Below, piece by piece: positions 14,241 to 26,020 of a stretch of 64,000 nucleotides of DNA (within the stretch, counting starts at the first letter, position 1; every line of letters begins with the position of its first letter). The notes beneath the pieces were generated by a model. The model searched no databases. It had not been told where the DNA came from and saw only the letters and a program-made list of their open reading frames with translations. Made by a program: the position numbers and the translations under genes. The DNA lies in the NCBI GenBank assembly GCA_951406725.2, contig OX597816.1, positions 141,732,001 to 141,796,000 on the forward strand, given 5' to 3'. The DNA is from Octopus vulgaris. Lineage: Eukaryota.

Positions 14241-14827
14241 ATTTTTCTCATACAATGTGGTGAGCTGGCAGAATTATTACTATGTGGGGCAAAATGTTTT
14301 GTGGCATTTCTTCCTACTTTACATTCTGAGTTCAAATGCCACATGGGTCAACTTTCCATCTTCTGTGGTGGATAAAATAGTTCCAGTTGAGCACTGGGGT
14401 TAATGTAATCGACTTACCTCAGCTCACGATATTGCAGGCCTTGTGCTAATATTTGAAACTAGTATTTCCCTCATACTCTTCCTTCCTCTTGCTATCTCCC
14501 TCCACCATCTCTCTCTCTATTTTGGTCTTTATATGTGTAAATGAATTTCTCTTTGTGCATTTGAAGAGATGGAAGGTGTTTATGTTAGTCATGTTTAGCT
14601 AATAAATTGTAACATCTCTCTTTTCCTCTCTCTGTCCCCCTCTCCCTTTGTCTGTCTGTCTGTCTGTCTCTCTATGTGCATATTTCTATCAGTCTCTATT
14701 GCTGAACTGCTAAGTTGTAGGGATGGAAATGCATGAACACCAGTTGTTAAGTAGTAGATGGATTGGAGACAGACACTGATACAGACACACACACTCAAAT
14801 ATATACACAATAGGCTTCTTTCAGTTT

Positions 14828-14886
<59 letters not shown>

Positions 14887-15532
14887 TGTGTGTGTGCAGG
14901 TGTGTTTGTATGTTTCCCTCCAGTGTCAAAGATTACTGACACCAATACAGGTTTAATATCCACTCACCTCTGCCAAATCACCAGCAACCGCACTTAATCC
15001 AGACAGCCGCACTTAATCATCTCATTCCACCTGAAGAGAGCTGGATGAGATAATGAGTGACCAGTGAGTCTCTGAATGGAAGTGGCAGTAGAGTAGCCAT
15101 CTATCTCCAAGGAGCAGAGTTCATTGTAAGTGTGGTTGTAGAATGCAAGGCTAGAATGTGTTTGTGAGTGATTTTATGCCAATCAGTTGAGGTACCTTTC
15201 AAACCCAAGGTTGGTAGGAAATTATCAGATGTTGGAGGGGATGGGCTGCTAATGACCAGATGTTACATGTATATATAAATACAGATATGTACATACACAC
15301 ACACGTTCCCACAAACACACACACACACACAAACACATGTTCACACACACACACACACATACATGCCAAGCTTCTTTGAGTTTCCATCTACCAAATTGAT
15401 ATACAAGGCATTGGTCAACTGGAGGCTATAGAAGATATTTGTCCAATGTATCATGCAGTGGGACTGAACCTACAACCATGTGGTTGGGAAGCAGGCTTCT
15501 TACCACTCAGCAATACTGTGCCTATATCTATA

Positions 15533-15567
<35 letters not shown>

Positions 15568-15569
<2 letters not shown>

Positions 15570-15768
15570 TGAACTGTTAATCCCTATACATTTTTCTCTG
15601 GTTTTTTTTCCATTCTCTCTCCATTTTTTCCCTCTCATCTCTTTCTGCCGATGAGTGTAGGCTCAAAATGTCATAGACTTCTCCATTTTCCTGAGTGTCA
15701 AACTAATACACCTGCTTGTTCTTCCCTCACCTGTCTTCGTCTTTTGCTTTCTGTAAATTTGAACTATA
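15568..15768 (+). mobile_element. Short TA-flanked Penelope-type terminal-repeat element with a degenerate minimal hammerhead-like motif
   Basis: cttt-ctgccga-tgagt-gtag-gctc-aaaa-tgtc-atag at 15641-15676; related to 23392-23590 and 26021-26211. Confidence 0.5.
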
Positions 15769-15821
15769 TATATAATATATATATGTGTGTGTATGTGTAT
15801 GTGTGTGTGTATGTGTGTGTG

Positions 15822-15853
<32 letters not shown>

Positions 15854-16073
15854 TATACATACAATTATATATATATAGATATGTATATGTATGTATATAT
15901 ATATATATATATATATACTAAGCAATAAAGGGTTTAGCAACGAATTGCCTTTTCATTCACACTTTGAATTTGGTGATACTAGTTGCGGATTCTAGCTCGC
16001 TCTGATACTGAGTTGAGTTGGTGCCTTCTAGTATCTCAAAATTCAATATATAATCATTTATGATTATAGTATT

Positions 16074-16171
16074 CTACGCTGAAGAGAAAAGAAGTTTGGG
16101 TAAGGTAGAATTATTTAATATTTAATTCTTACGCTTTCCTAAAAACTTGATTTCGAAACGTGCGTCCGTAG
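16074..16171 (+). ncRNA. Type I hammerhead ribozyme, copy 1
   Basis: Stem I ctacg/cgtag; core CUGAAGA (16079-16085); long stem II opening gaaa...tttc; GAAA (16155-16158); short stem III acg-tg-cgt; GUC cleavage triplet (16164-16166). Confidence 0.85.
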
Positions 16172-16668
16172 ATAACTTAAAATTGTATGATAGATTGCCG
16201 TCAATTCATTCTCTCTTACCTGTTTGTGTCTGCCTTCCAATTGCTGTGTTTTTACTGAGATCTCCCTTTTTAGTAGAAGAAATAGCTATAACTCTTTGAC
16301 TGCTATTTCTAAATTCGGTCTGTGGTAAGGCAATTCGTTGCTAAACCCTTTATTGCTTAGTATTACTTAAATTTTCCTCGAATGAGGCTTTTACATGCCG
16401 AAGACTACTTGGTGTAATTGATAATTATTCCAAATTAATTAATTTCACCCTTCATTATTACGGATAACCATATTTTATCTCAGTAGATGACCACAGCATC
16501 TTGTTTTGGCTACACGCGGGTGGGAAGGGGCTGGTGACACAATCTTTTCATTCACACTTTGAATTTGGTGATACTAGTTGCGGATTCTAGCTCGCTCTGA
16601 TACTGAGTTGAGTTGGTGCCTTCTAGTATCTCAAAATTCAATATATAATCATTTATGATTATAGTATT

Positions 16669-16766
16669 CTACGCTGAAGAGAAAAGAAGTATGGGTAAGG
16701 TAGAATTATTTAATATTTAATTCTTACGCTTTCCTAAAAACTTGATTTCGAAACGTGCGTCCGTAG
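16669..16766 (+). ncRNA. Type I hammerhead ribozyme, copy 2
   Basis: Same architecture 595 bp downstream; one substitution in stem II (gaagtTtggg vs gaagtAtggg). Confidence 0.85.
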
Positions 16767-17104
16767 ATAACTTAAAATTGTATGATAGATTGCCGTCAAT
16801 TCATTCTCTCTTACCTGTTTGTGTCTGCCTTCCAATTGCTGTGTTTTTACTGAGATCTCCCTTTTTAGTAGAAGAAATAGCTATAACTCTTTGACTGCTA
16901 TTTCTAAATTCGGTCTGTGGTAAGGCAATTCGTTGCTAAACCCTTTATTGCTTAGTATTACTTAAATTTTCCTCGAATGAGGCTTTTACATGCCGAAGAC
17001 TACTTGGTGTAATTGATAATTATTCCAAATTAATTAATTTCACCCTTCATTATTACGGATATATATATATATATATATATATATTGATAGATATACATAC
17101 ATAC

Positions 17105-17152
<48 letters not shown>

Positions 17153-17434
17153 ATAGATAGATAGATAGATAGATATAGATACATATATATGCATATACAT
17201 ATACTGATGCACATAAAACCTATACGAATATGCTAGTATACACAATAGCTAACAAACTTGTTGGTGGGGACCGATTGGGTTGAAATATTTTCTAGCTCTA
17301 AAGAGAAAGGCCAGTCTTTGCGATGCAATCTTTGCTTTGCTAAGGATGCATATGTTTGCCTGCAGAGAATCTCATTATTAGAGACAACTACTGTTTGAAG
17401 TAAACATGGAGGTTCTTGATATATGTTGCTCAGG

Positions 17435-17652
17435 TTAACCCTTTAGCATTCAGATAACTCTATGAAATCTGAAGCTTATTTATTCATATTGTTTTGAATT
17501 AATCATACATTATCTCACAGCTTCAAAATTTTGATGATGTGATTAAATATTTATAGAATGACATTGTAGAATAGGTGTGAGAGGGCAGATCTGTCCAGTT
17601 TCAACATAAAACAGGTTGAATATTTGGGCTGGATATGTCAATGGATTAAGGG
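17435..17652. mobile_element. piggyBac-type MITE, one end decayed
   Basis: TTAA-ccctttagcatt end; inverted relative of 35513-35733. Confidence 0.6.
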
Positions 17653-18381
17653 TAGTAGGTTCAATAATACTTTCTTGACAGGTGAAGTGATTACATTTTT
17701 TTTGTTGTAGAAAGAGGCAAGAGTCATGTAACTTCATTGGTTTTTGTTTGTGCCCAGTTCACTGAATTGAAGTGTAATAGGTTTAAAAAGTAGGGTACTG
17801 TGTAATAGATAACTGTGATAACAGAGCGGATGAATTATGCTGTCAGTTGACCACTGGTAACATTGCAGGTATTCCTGATAATTCAGTGAATAAAGTAGAG
17901 AACAAAATATTCTGCTCAGAAACAATGCAGTGACACCATTGAAGAATAAGAGTAGATAGCTCAATATCTAATATCTAATGTTGCACAAGAATAATACATG
18001 CTAACCATTAGAGTACATAAAAGCATATTAACCAGTTTCACAAGAATAATTCATTCTAACTATTACGTTATAAAACTGCATTAATTATTTACACTACAGG
18101 AATATATGTTAAACATTAAACTATATTGCAGTGCCTATGTAGGCTGAAGGTTTCAATAGTACCACATGCCTGGAAGCAACATGTGCTCTTTTTCTCCAGG
18201 CATTCTTTTATAGAACTGTTACAACCGGCAGGGTCAATAACTAAGTTTTACTTTATGGAATCTGAAAACTCTATTAGTGAGAAGAGGTGAACATTTTAAT
18301 AAAGCACTACATATACACATACATACATAAACACACACATGAATCTATATATATCTATACATATCTATATAAATCTATCTA

Positions 18382-18412
<31 letters not shown>

Positions 18413-18499
18413 ATCAGTCTATCTATCTATCTATCTAATATATATATAAACATGGCTATATATATCTATATATATCCCTCTAAAGTCACAAGCACACAT

Positions 18500-18562
<63 letters not shown>

Positions 18563-18901
18563 GATGATGATAATGATATATATATATAATTCTGAACTAT
18601 TTTTCATTATTTTTTCTAAAAATGCCCTAGTAAACACGGTTATAGAGCATGCATACTGATGTAAACATTGGCAAAAACACACCTTTAGTTGATATAAGTA
18701 ATCTCTATCATTATATATAATTTAAACATTAATTTTCTTTTATATTAACATTCACTAAAAATATCCCTCCTCTTTCTATAGGCTACTTCTGATGTTAGAT
18801 CATATAACGTTTTTTTAAACAATATTAATAGCGTTCAGTAAATCACTATACATATCCATCGTTTTCTGTTAAAATGTCTTATTGACGAGTTTCATTTCTT
18901 C

Positions 18902-18989
18902 ACTTCCCTGAAGAGAAGATTACATTGTTTTACACCATTTATTCCTTTGGAATAATATCAGTGAAATCTTCAAAACATGTGTCGGAAGT
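18902..18989 (+). ncRNA. Degenerate type I hammerhead inside a TA-flanked element (about 18590-19040)
   Basis: Stem I acttcc/ggaagt; CUGAAGA; stem II gaagatt/aatcttc; GAAA mutated to AAAA; stem III aca-tg-tgt; GUC. Confidence 0.7.
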
Positions 18990-19037
18990 AAAAGTATTTG
19001 AATTATACCTGCATTAAACTCCATCTATTTATTTATT

Positions 19038-19076
<39 letters not shown>

Positions 19077-19082
<6 letters not shown>

Positions 19083-19387
19083 CTTAGAAAGCACCATCCG
19101 AATGTGGCCGATGCCAGCGCTACCAGGTTGGTGTCCGTGTCAGAGACACATAAAAAGCACAAACCAATCGTGGCCGTTTGCCAGCTTCCTCTGGCCCCTG
19201 TGCCAGTGACACATAAAAAGCACCCACTACACTCACAGAGTGGTTGGCGTTGGGAAGGGCATCTAGCTGTAGAAACACTGCCAGATCAGACTGGAGCCTG
19301 GTGCAGCCTCCTGGCTTCCCAGACCCCAGTCGAACCATCCAACCCATGCTAGCATGGAAAACAGACGTTAAATGATGATGATGATGA
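19077..19387 (+). mobile_element. RTE-clade LINE 3' UTR fragment with (GAT)n tail
   Basis: Shares ...ccaacccatgctagcatggaaa..gacgttaaatgatgatg with the RTE ends at 5019 and 41761. Confidence 0.75.
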
Positions 19388-19397
19388 TATATATATA

Positions 19398-20225
19398 CAG
19401 GGTGTGGCCAATAAATTGTCACCTAAATTATGAAAAAATGAAAATAACACTGACATCTCATTATCACAGATATATCAAAATTACATAAAAATATCTTGAA
19501 ATACTAAAGAGTAAATTTATTCAATAAAATCGCCAATGGCTTCAACAACAGCCTCCAGACGACTTCGGAATCTCCTGCAACTCTTCTGGATGGTCTCTTT
19601 GTTTAAGTTGGTGAATGCTGCCATAATCCTTGCCTTCAGTTCATCTTTGGTGTTACAAGGAGTTTTGTTGGTCTCTCACTTAACTGCGCTCCACACATAT
19701 AAACCAAGGTGGCCAGATGTTAGGGGTCATATGGTCGCAGAAATTGTCTGACAGCCATGTATGGGTTCTCCTGCTTGTGTGGCATGATGCAAAGTCCTGT
19801 TGCTAGACATAGGGTCTTCCAACAGCCATCCACTTGATCCAGAGCAGCACTTCCTCCTCCAGGCACTTGATGTATGCCTCTGTGTTGGGTCTGAGGCTGT
19901 CGGAGAAGATGGACACATAACATCATCATCACTAGTGATCACTCCAAACACCATGATGTTGACTGGGTGTTTGATTTTTATCAAACTCAGTACATGTCCT
20001 CAGACTGACACCCAAACACTCTGAAATGTTCATATTGGAGCTTCTGGTGCGAATGACAAGCAGTACAGCATGTCCTTTTCAAATTTCTGGCAGAGTGAAT
20101 TGTGTCATGGTGCTAGTTTTCTCACAGATGGTGCCCAACTGACCCTACTATACTGTGTCAATAAAAATACAATGCGCATGTGCAAAATAAAAAATATAAA
20201 ATGGTGACAATTTACTTATCACACC

Positions 20226-20228
<3 letters not shown>
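19398..20228 (-). mobile_element. Internally deleted Tc1/mariner element, probably maT (DD37D)-like
   Basis: TA-flanked TIRs cagggtgtg...aattgtcacc; remnants KHPVNIMVFGVITSD, GRPYV*QQD, PNIWPP and RFRSRLEAVVEA. Confidence 0.85.
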
Positions 20229-20288
<60 letters not shown>

Positions 20289-20943
20289 TATACATAAATA
20301 AATAAATAAATATATATATACATATATACACACACATAAATATATATGTATATACACACAGACATGTATGTATATATATATATATATGTATATAATTTAC
20401 AATTGATTGATCATTTCTCTAGAGCAATGGTAAAATGCTAAAGTTTTAGTTTCATATATATAAATCTATTCATCATTGTTTACTACTATTTTCTCAACCG
20501 GTAATCAAGCATAGTAATTTTTATAGAGATAAGCGCGTATAAAATATTGTTTCATCACCAACACACCAGACAAGCCACACAGTACAAAGAAAATTAAGGG
20601 AAACTAGTAGACTAGCAGACGAAACAATGAATAGTTATCATGAATGATCAGGAAAAAAAAAAATTATAGTGGCTAAGTAGATGGCAGAGAATATTCTTTA
20701 CTTGCAAGTAGAATTCGTTGGCAACAAATGAAGAAAATAAAAGGAATTTGAAGGTGGGTGAGAAGTTTCAAATGTAGAACTGCTGTGTTTTGAGCAAAAT
20801 AAATAATATAAATAAATAAATAAAATGCCCAAAAAAGAAAAACAATTCTAGCTCTGGAATAGTTTCTTCAGACAATATCTTCAGTGCTAATGGTGTAGTC
20901 GTGACCAGACATTAGCTACTTGTAAGTTGCCAGGCAACTATTT

Positions 20944-20971
20944 TAATGCATACATACATATATTTATATTA

Positions 20972-21002
<31 letters not shown>

Positions 21003-21047
21003 CATACATACATACATATATATACACACACACACACATATATACAT

Positions 21048-21133
<86 letters not shown>

Positions 21134-21254
21134 TCATCATCATCATCATCATGATATGTATATATATATATATATATGTATATATATTTATTTATATATA
21201 TATATATAATTACATATATATATGTGTATGTATATATGTGTGTGTGTGTGTGTA

Positions 21255-21287
<33 letters not shown>

Positions 21288-21335
21288 ATATATATATATA
21301 TATATATTAATATAAATATATGTATGTATGCATTA
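20944..21335. repeat. Inverted duplication of a compound microsatellite block
   Basis: taatgcatacatacatatatttatattaat... at 20944 mirrors ...attaatataaatatatgtatgtatgcatta ending at 21335. Confidence 0.8.
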
Positions 21336-21544
21336 TATATATATATATATACACACATACATATATACATACACACATACATATATATATACACACATGC
21401 ATATCTATATATATGTATATACATACATACATACAAACAGACAGACAGACAGATAGATGGATAAATATGCACACACACATGCAAATACGCATACTGATGT
21501 ATATGTTAATATACACACAATAACTAACAAATTGTTTCTATGCT

Positions 21545-21599
<55 letters not shown>

Positions 21600-22539
21600 T
21601 TACATATATATACATGGAGACAGAGAGACAGAAAAAAGAGAGATATCAAAAAAATATATATGTGTATATACCTGTATATAAATATATGTGTATATGTGTA
21701 TGGGTATATCTATCTCTATATACACACACACATATATATATATATATATGTACATGTAAACATACACTGAGGGAGAGAGTGAGAGAGAGAGAGAATGAGA
21801 GAGAGAGAGAGAGAAATTAACGAAAGTACTTTAATATTTAAAGTAGCAAGGAGAAAATTTATTGCTTTTGGTAGTCTTGGGAAGAAACTAAAATGAAATA
21901 GGATATGTGATTGAAAGCAAATGAGTTCTTCATTAAAAACGCAATCCATTATGTATGCGAACATATGAACCATTTAAAACCTTTCTGAATAGTAGGAAGC
22001 ATATTTATATTCAGTCTCCTCAAATTTAATTGGGGACATTGCATAAAGCAATGGTTTTCTAGGCCGTGCATTTCACTAGAGCCTTCATTTAAAGTAATTT
22101 CTTGAAGTTAGAGAAATCAAAAAAACTGTTTCATTATAAATTTAATCTTCATTCTAACATTTCACACACACTCATACATGCATGCATGCTGTAATCTCGT
22201 TGTCATTGTTTTAACATCCACTTTCTGATGCTTGTTGTGTGGGGCAGATGTAATTCGTTGAGGCAAATTTTCTATGGCTGGATGCTGTTCTTGTTGCCAA
22301 CACTTACTTGTTTCCATGCAAGGTAATATTTCCCCATGGCTGGGCATATTTTCACACAAGATTGGAAACGAAGGACAATGCTTGTGTGATGGTGACACTT
22401 GTTTACAAATTCCGCATGATTTCAGGACAAAGGGTCACAAACATAGACACACACACACATATACCCACACAGATACAAGAATATTTACATAAATCTATCT
22501 ATCTATCTATCTAGCTATCTATCTATCTATCTATCTATC

Positions 22540-22752
22540 TTATTTCTTTATTGCCCACAAGGGGCTAAACATAGAGGGGACAAACAAGGACAGACAAAGG
22601 GATTAAGTTGATTACATCGATCCTAGTGCATAACTGGTACTTAATTTATCGACCCCGAAAGGATGAAAGGCAAAGTCAACCTCGGTGGAATTTGAACGAA
22701 ATACCGCTATGCATTTTGCCCGGTGTGCTAACGATTCTGCCAGCTCACCACC
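22540..22752 (-). mobile_element. Family B SINE
   Basis: Reverse match to 58078-58307. Confidence 0.85.
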
Positions 22753-22874
22753 CTAATCTATCTAAAGAGAGAGAGAGAGATACATATATACACATGTAAG
22801 TATGTATGTGTCTATATGTATCTCTCTGTCTTTGTAGATATGTATGTATGTATTTATGTATGTATGTATATGGC

Positions 22875-23342
22875 TTCCTTCAAAGCTAAACAATGTGAGG
22901 AAGGAAGCACATTGTGACCAGCAGCGTATAACAACATCCAATAGTCTGGTCAATACAGTGATATAAGTGGCACTCCATCGGTTATGATGATGAGGGTTCC
23001 AGTTGATCCAATCAACAGAACATGAAGTTAACATGCAAGTGACTGAGCACTCCACAGACACGTGTACTCTTAATGTAGTTCTTGGGGACATTCAGCGTGA
23101 CACAGAGTGTGACAAGGCTGGCCCTTTGAAATACAGGTACAACAGAAACAGTGAGAAAGAGTGAGAGGAAGTTGTGGTGAAAGAGTACAGCACGGTTTGT
23201 CACCACCCACTACTGGAGCCTCGTGGAGCTTAAGGTGTTTTTGCTCAATAAACAATCACAACACCCAGTCTGGGAATCAAAACCATGATCCTATGACTGT
23301 GAGTCCGCTGCCCTAACCACTGGGCCATTGCACCTCCACACA
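22875..23342 (-). mobile_element. tRNA-derived SINE family C, near full length
   Basis: Head ggaggtgcaatggcccagtggttagggcagcggactc with box A/B-like motifs; shared core. Confidence 0.75.
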
Positions 23343-23391
23343 GTGATATAAATACATATATGTATGTGTACATATATATATGTGTACAAAA

Positions 23392-23584
23392 TGTGACCGC
23401 GTGTGTACCGTTGGCGATTTTTTTTCCTCTGTCTTCCCTTCTCTGGATCTTTCCTTCTCCTATGTTTCCGACAAAGAGCTCCACTTGAAACGTTAAACCC
23501 TCCTTCTTTCCTGAGCGTCCAATAATACTATATTTGTTCCACATCCTTGCGCTGTTGTGTTTTTCCGTGCTTTCATGTTTGGAT

Positions 23585-23590
<6 letters not shown>
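23392..23590 (+). mobile_element. Short Penelope-type terminal-repeat element with a degenerate minimal hammerhead-like motif
   Basis: gttt-ccgacaa-agag...ctt-gaaa-cgtt-aaac at 23464-23498; ends in (TA)n. Confidence 0.5.
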
Positions 23591-23617
<27 letters not shown>

Positions 23618-23621
<4 letters not shown>

Positions 23622-24730
23622 TCTCAATACATAAAAGAGAATTGGAAACGATTCCTAGACGATTGTTTCATTCTCTGGAATGAAAACATAGATAAACTCC
23701 TAAAATTTAAAAACCTATTGAACAGCATAAACCCAAATATACAGTTCACAATGGAATACAACCAAAAGGAACTCCCGTTCTTGGATATACTAATTAAAAA
23801 AATTAACCTTAAAATAGAAACAGACATTTTTTACAAAGCCACAGACGCCAAACAATACCTTCTTTTAATTCATGCTACCCAAGACACACTAAAACAAACA
23901 TCCCCTTCAACCTTGCAAGAAGGATATGCACAATAGTGTCAGAACAAAATACCAGGAACTTTAGACTGCAAGAACTCAAAAACACCCTAATTGACAGACA
24001 TTACCCAGCTCAACTCATAGAGGATGGGATCAGACGTGCAACAGAAATCAACATAGAAACTTTAAGAAAAGTTCAACATAACAACACACCTTCCCCGAAA
24101 ATACTACCTTACATATCTACATACAACCCCAGAAACAAAGAAGCCTTCACCATCATCACCCAGAATTTACCAATACTTCATAAAAACCCAAAATTAAAGG
24201 AAATTCTAAACATACACCAAATCATTAAAAGCTACAAACAGCCTAAATCACTTAAAAAGATTCTCACAAAGGCAAAATTGTCTTCTGAAATTACGGATGC
24301 AAAAGTAAAAAAATGTGGTAGATCGAACTGTGCAACATGTCCTAACCTATTGGAAGGATCAGAATTCTTCTTTAAAGAGGGACAGAAATTCAAGATCAAA
24401 TCTAACTTTACTTGTGCCTCTGAAAACATAATTTATGTCATTAAATGCTCGGGCTGCCACCAAGACTACGTGGGTTCCACGGGACTATCACTCAGGCGTA
24501 GATGCACACTGCATCGACAACAGATTGCATTCCCAGAATATAGAATGATACCTTTTAGTGAACACATTGAGAAATGCGCAAAGCAACTACTGCCACAATT
24601 TTTAATCTTCCCATTTTACCAATGTGCTTTCGGATCATCAACACAAATGAGACTGAACAAGGAAACATTCTTCATTGAAAAGTACAAACCCAGACTCAAC
24701 CATCCGAACATACTGACACAGAGAAATTAA
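23618..24730 (+). pseudogene. Penelope-like RT C-terminus and GIY-YIG endonuclease, one frameshift near 23865
   Basis: WKRFLDDCF catalytic motif, FTME..LPFLD, Cys linker CGRSNCATC, NIIYVIKCSGC..DYVGST...RRRCTLH, KETFFIEKYKPRLN. Confidence 0.92.
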
Positions 24731-25075
24731 CAAGGGAAAGGAAAAAAATTTTTAAGCGATTATCTCCCTTACACCGGAAGAAATCACTCACTACCTCCCC
24801 TTATTTAGAAATCTCCTGAAAATAAACACAACGATAACTCCATGCAATATAAACATAACGTCACAAGAAATTTGAAAAGCTACACGCGAAACCGGTATTT
24901 CTTTAAAAATTATGAAATTATGTCATTTTAAGGAAAGGAAAAAAATTTTTCCAATATTCTCCAGACATTTTGACACAAATATATATATTTTTTAACATTT
25001 AAGCCTTCTGTCGTTTTTTCACTCTTTACTATTTTCTTATATATTCACCCACGTGCTTTACCAAACAAACTTTCT
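23618..25075 (+). mobile_element. 5'-truncated Penelope-like retroelement (Neptune-like) inserted in (TA)n
   Basis: RT and GIY-YIG coding region followed by about 350 bp of 3' non-coding sequence; TA tracts on both sides. Confidence 0.9.
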
Positions 25076-25101
25076 TATCTATATATATATATATATACAT
25101 A

Positions 25102-25997
25102 CATGGTCTGATCAATAAGTATCCAGATTGTTGCCATAGTAACGAAGCTAAAGCATGCAGAGTGAAGCCACTTGGCACAAATTGACCTTGAACTCTGCTG
25201 TGCATGCACACTAAGTTTTAACATTCTACCTCACTTCTGCTGTTTACAGCATTGCTTAGAAGTAACATGTGTAGCGTGCATTCGTCACATTGACCGTAAC
25301 AGAGAAAGTTGAGCAGAGAATCTGCATCAGATTTTGCCAAAAGCTTGGCGATGCTTGCTCAGAGGTCTATGCAAAGTTTTCAAAAGCTTTTCATCATTTT
25401 CAACGCAATCAAGGAGATTTTGTGCAACTGAAACTCGACTGTCTTTTTGGTCAGCTGAAAGCAGTTTTGGCACAAACTTAGCAGACACATGTCTCATACC
25501 CAAATCTTCAGTGATAATGGACTGAGCTGTACTGTAACCAATCTGCACATCCTCTGATAACTCACGAATGTTGATCTGATGATTTCCCCTCACAGCTGCA
25601 CACACATCTGCGATGTCTTTCTTAGTTCTGCTGGTTGCAGGTCTCCCAAGAACATTCGTCACTATCGACAATTTTTCACCCATCTTGGAAGTGTCTGAAC
25701 CACTCGTACACTTGAGTGCAGCTTATATACTCCCCTACATACACTTTCAGCAACTTTGCATAGGCCTCTGAACAGGTATCAGCATGACAACTTTCTCTGT
25801 CATGGTCAACGCAATGATCACAGGTTACATGTGTTACTTCAAAGCACTGCTGTAAACAGCTGAAGTGAGCCAGAATGTTAAAACTTAGGGCACATGTACA
25901 ATAGAGGTCAAGGTCAATCTGTGCTAAGTAGCTTCACACTGCATGCTTTAGCTTTGTTACTATGGCAACAGTCTGGATACTTATTAATCAGACCTCA
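25102..25997. mobile_element. Mariner-derived foldback element made of two 5' ends in inverted orientation
   Basis: TA-flanked; inverted arms of about 270 bp; left arm encodes EKVEQRICIRFCQKLG, right arm (minus) runs on to GRPATS...EDLGMRHVSAKFVPKLL; no catalytic DDD region. Confidence 0.88.
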
Positions 25998-26020
25998 TAT
26001 ATATATATATATATATATAT

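Larger units (their letters stand above)
15915..17060 (+). mobile_element. Retrozyme-like or non-autonomous Penelope-type element: 595-bp tandem unit (about 1.9 copies) with a 5' inverted segment, inserted in (TA)n
   Basis: 15949-16465 is repeated almost exactly at 16544-17060; 15915-15951 is the reverse complement of 16327-16363; no ORF; TA tracts on both sides. Confidence 0.85.

Noticed and set aside
15025-15086. ccac-CTGAAGA-gag...ctc-tgaa hammerhead-like string
   Set aside because: No GAAA, stem III or NUH cleavage site; too degenerate to call
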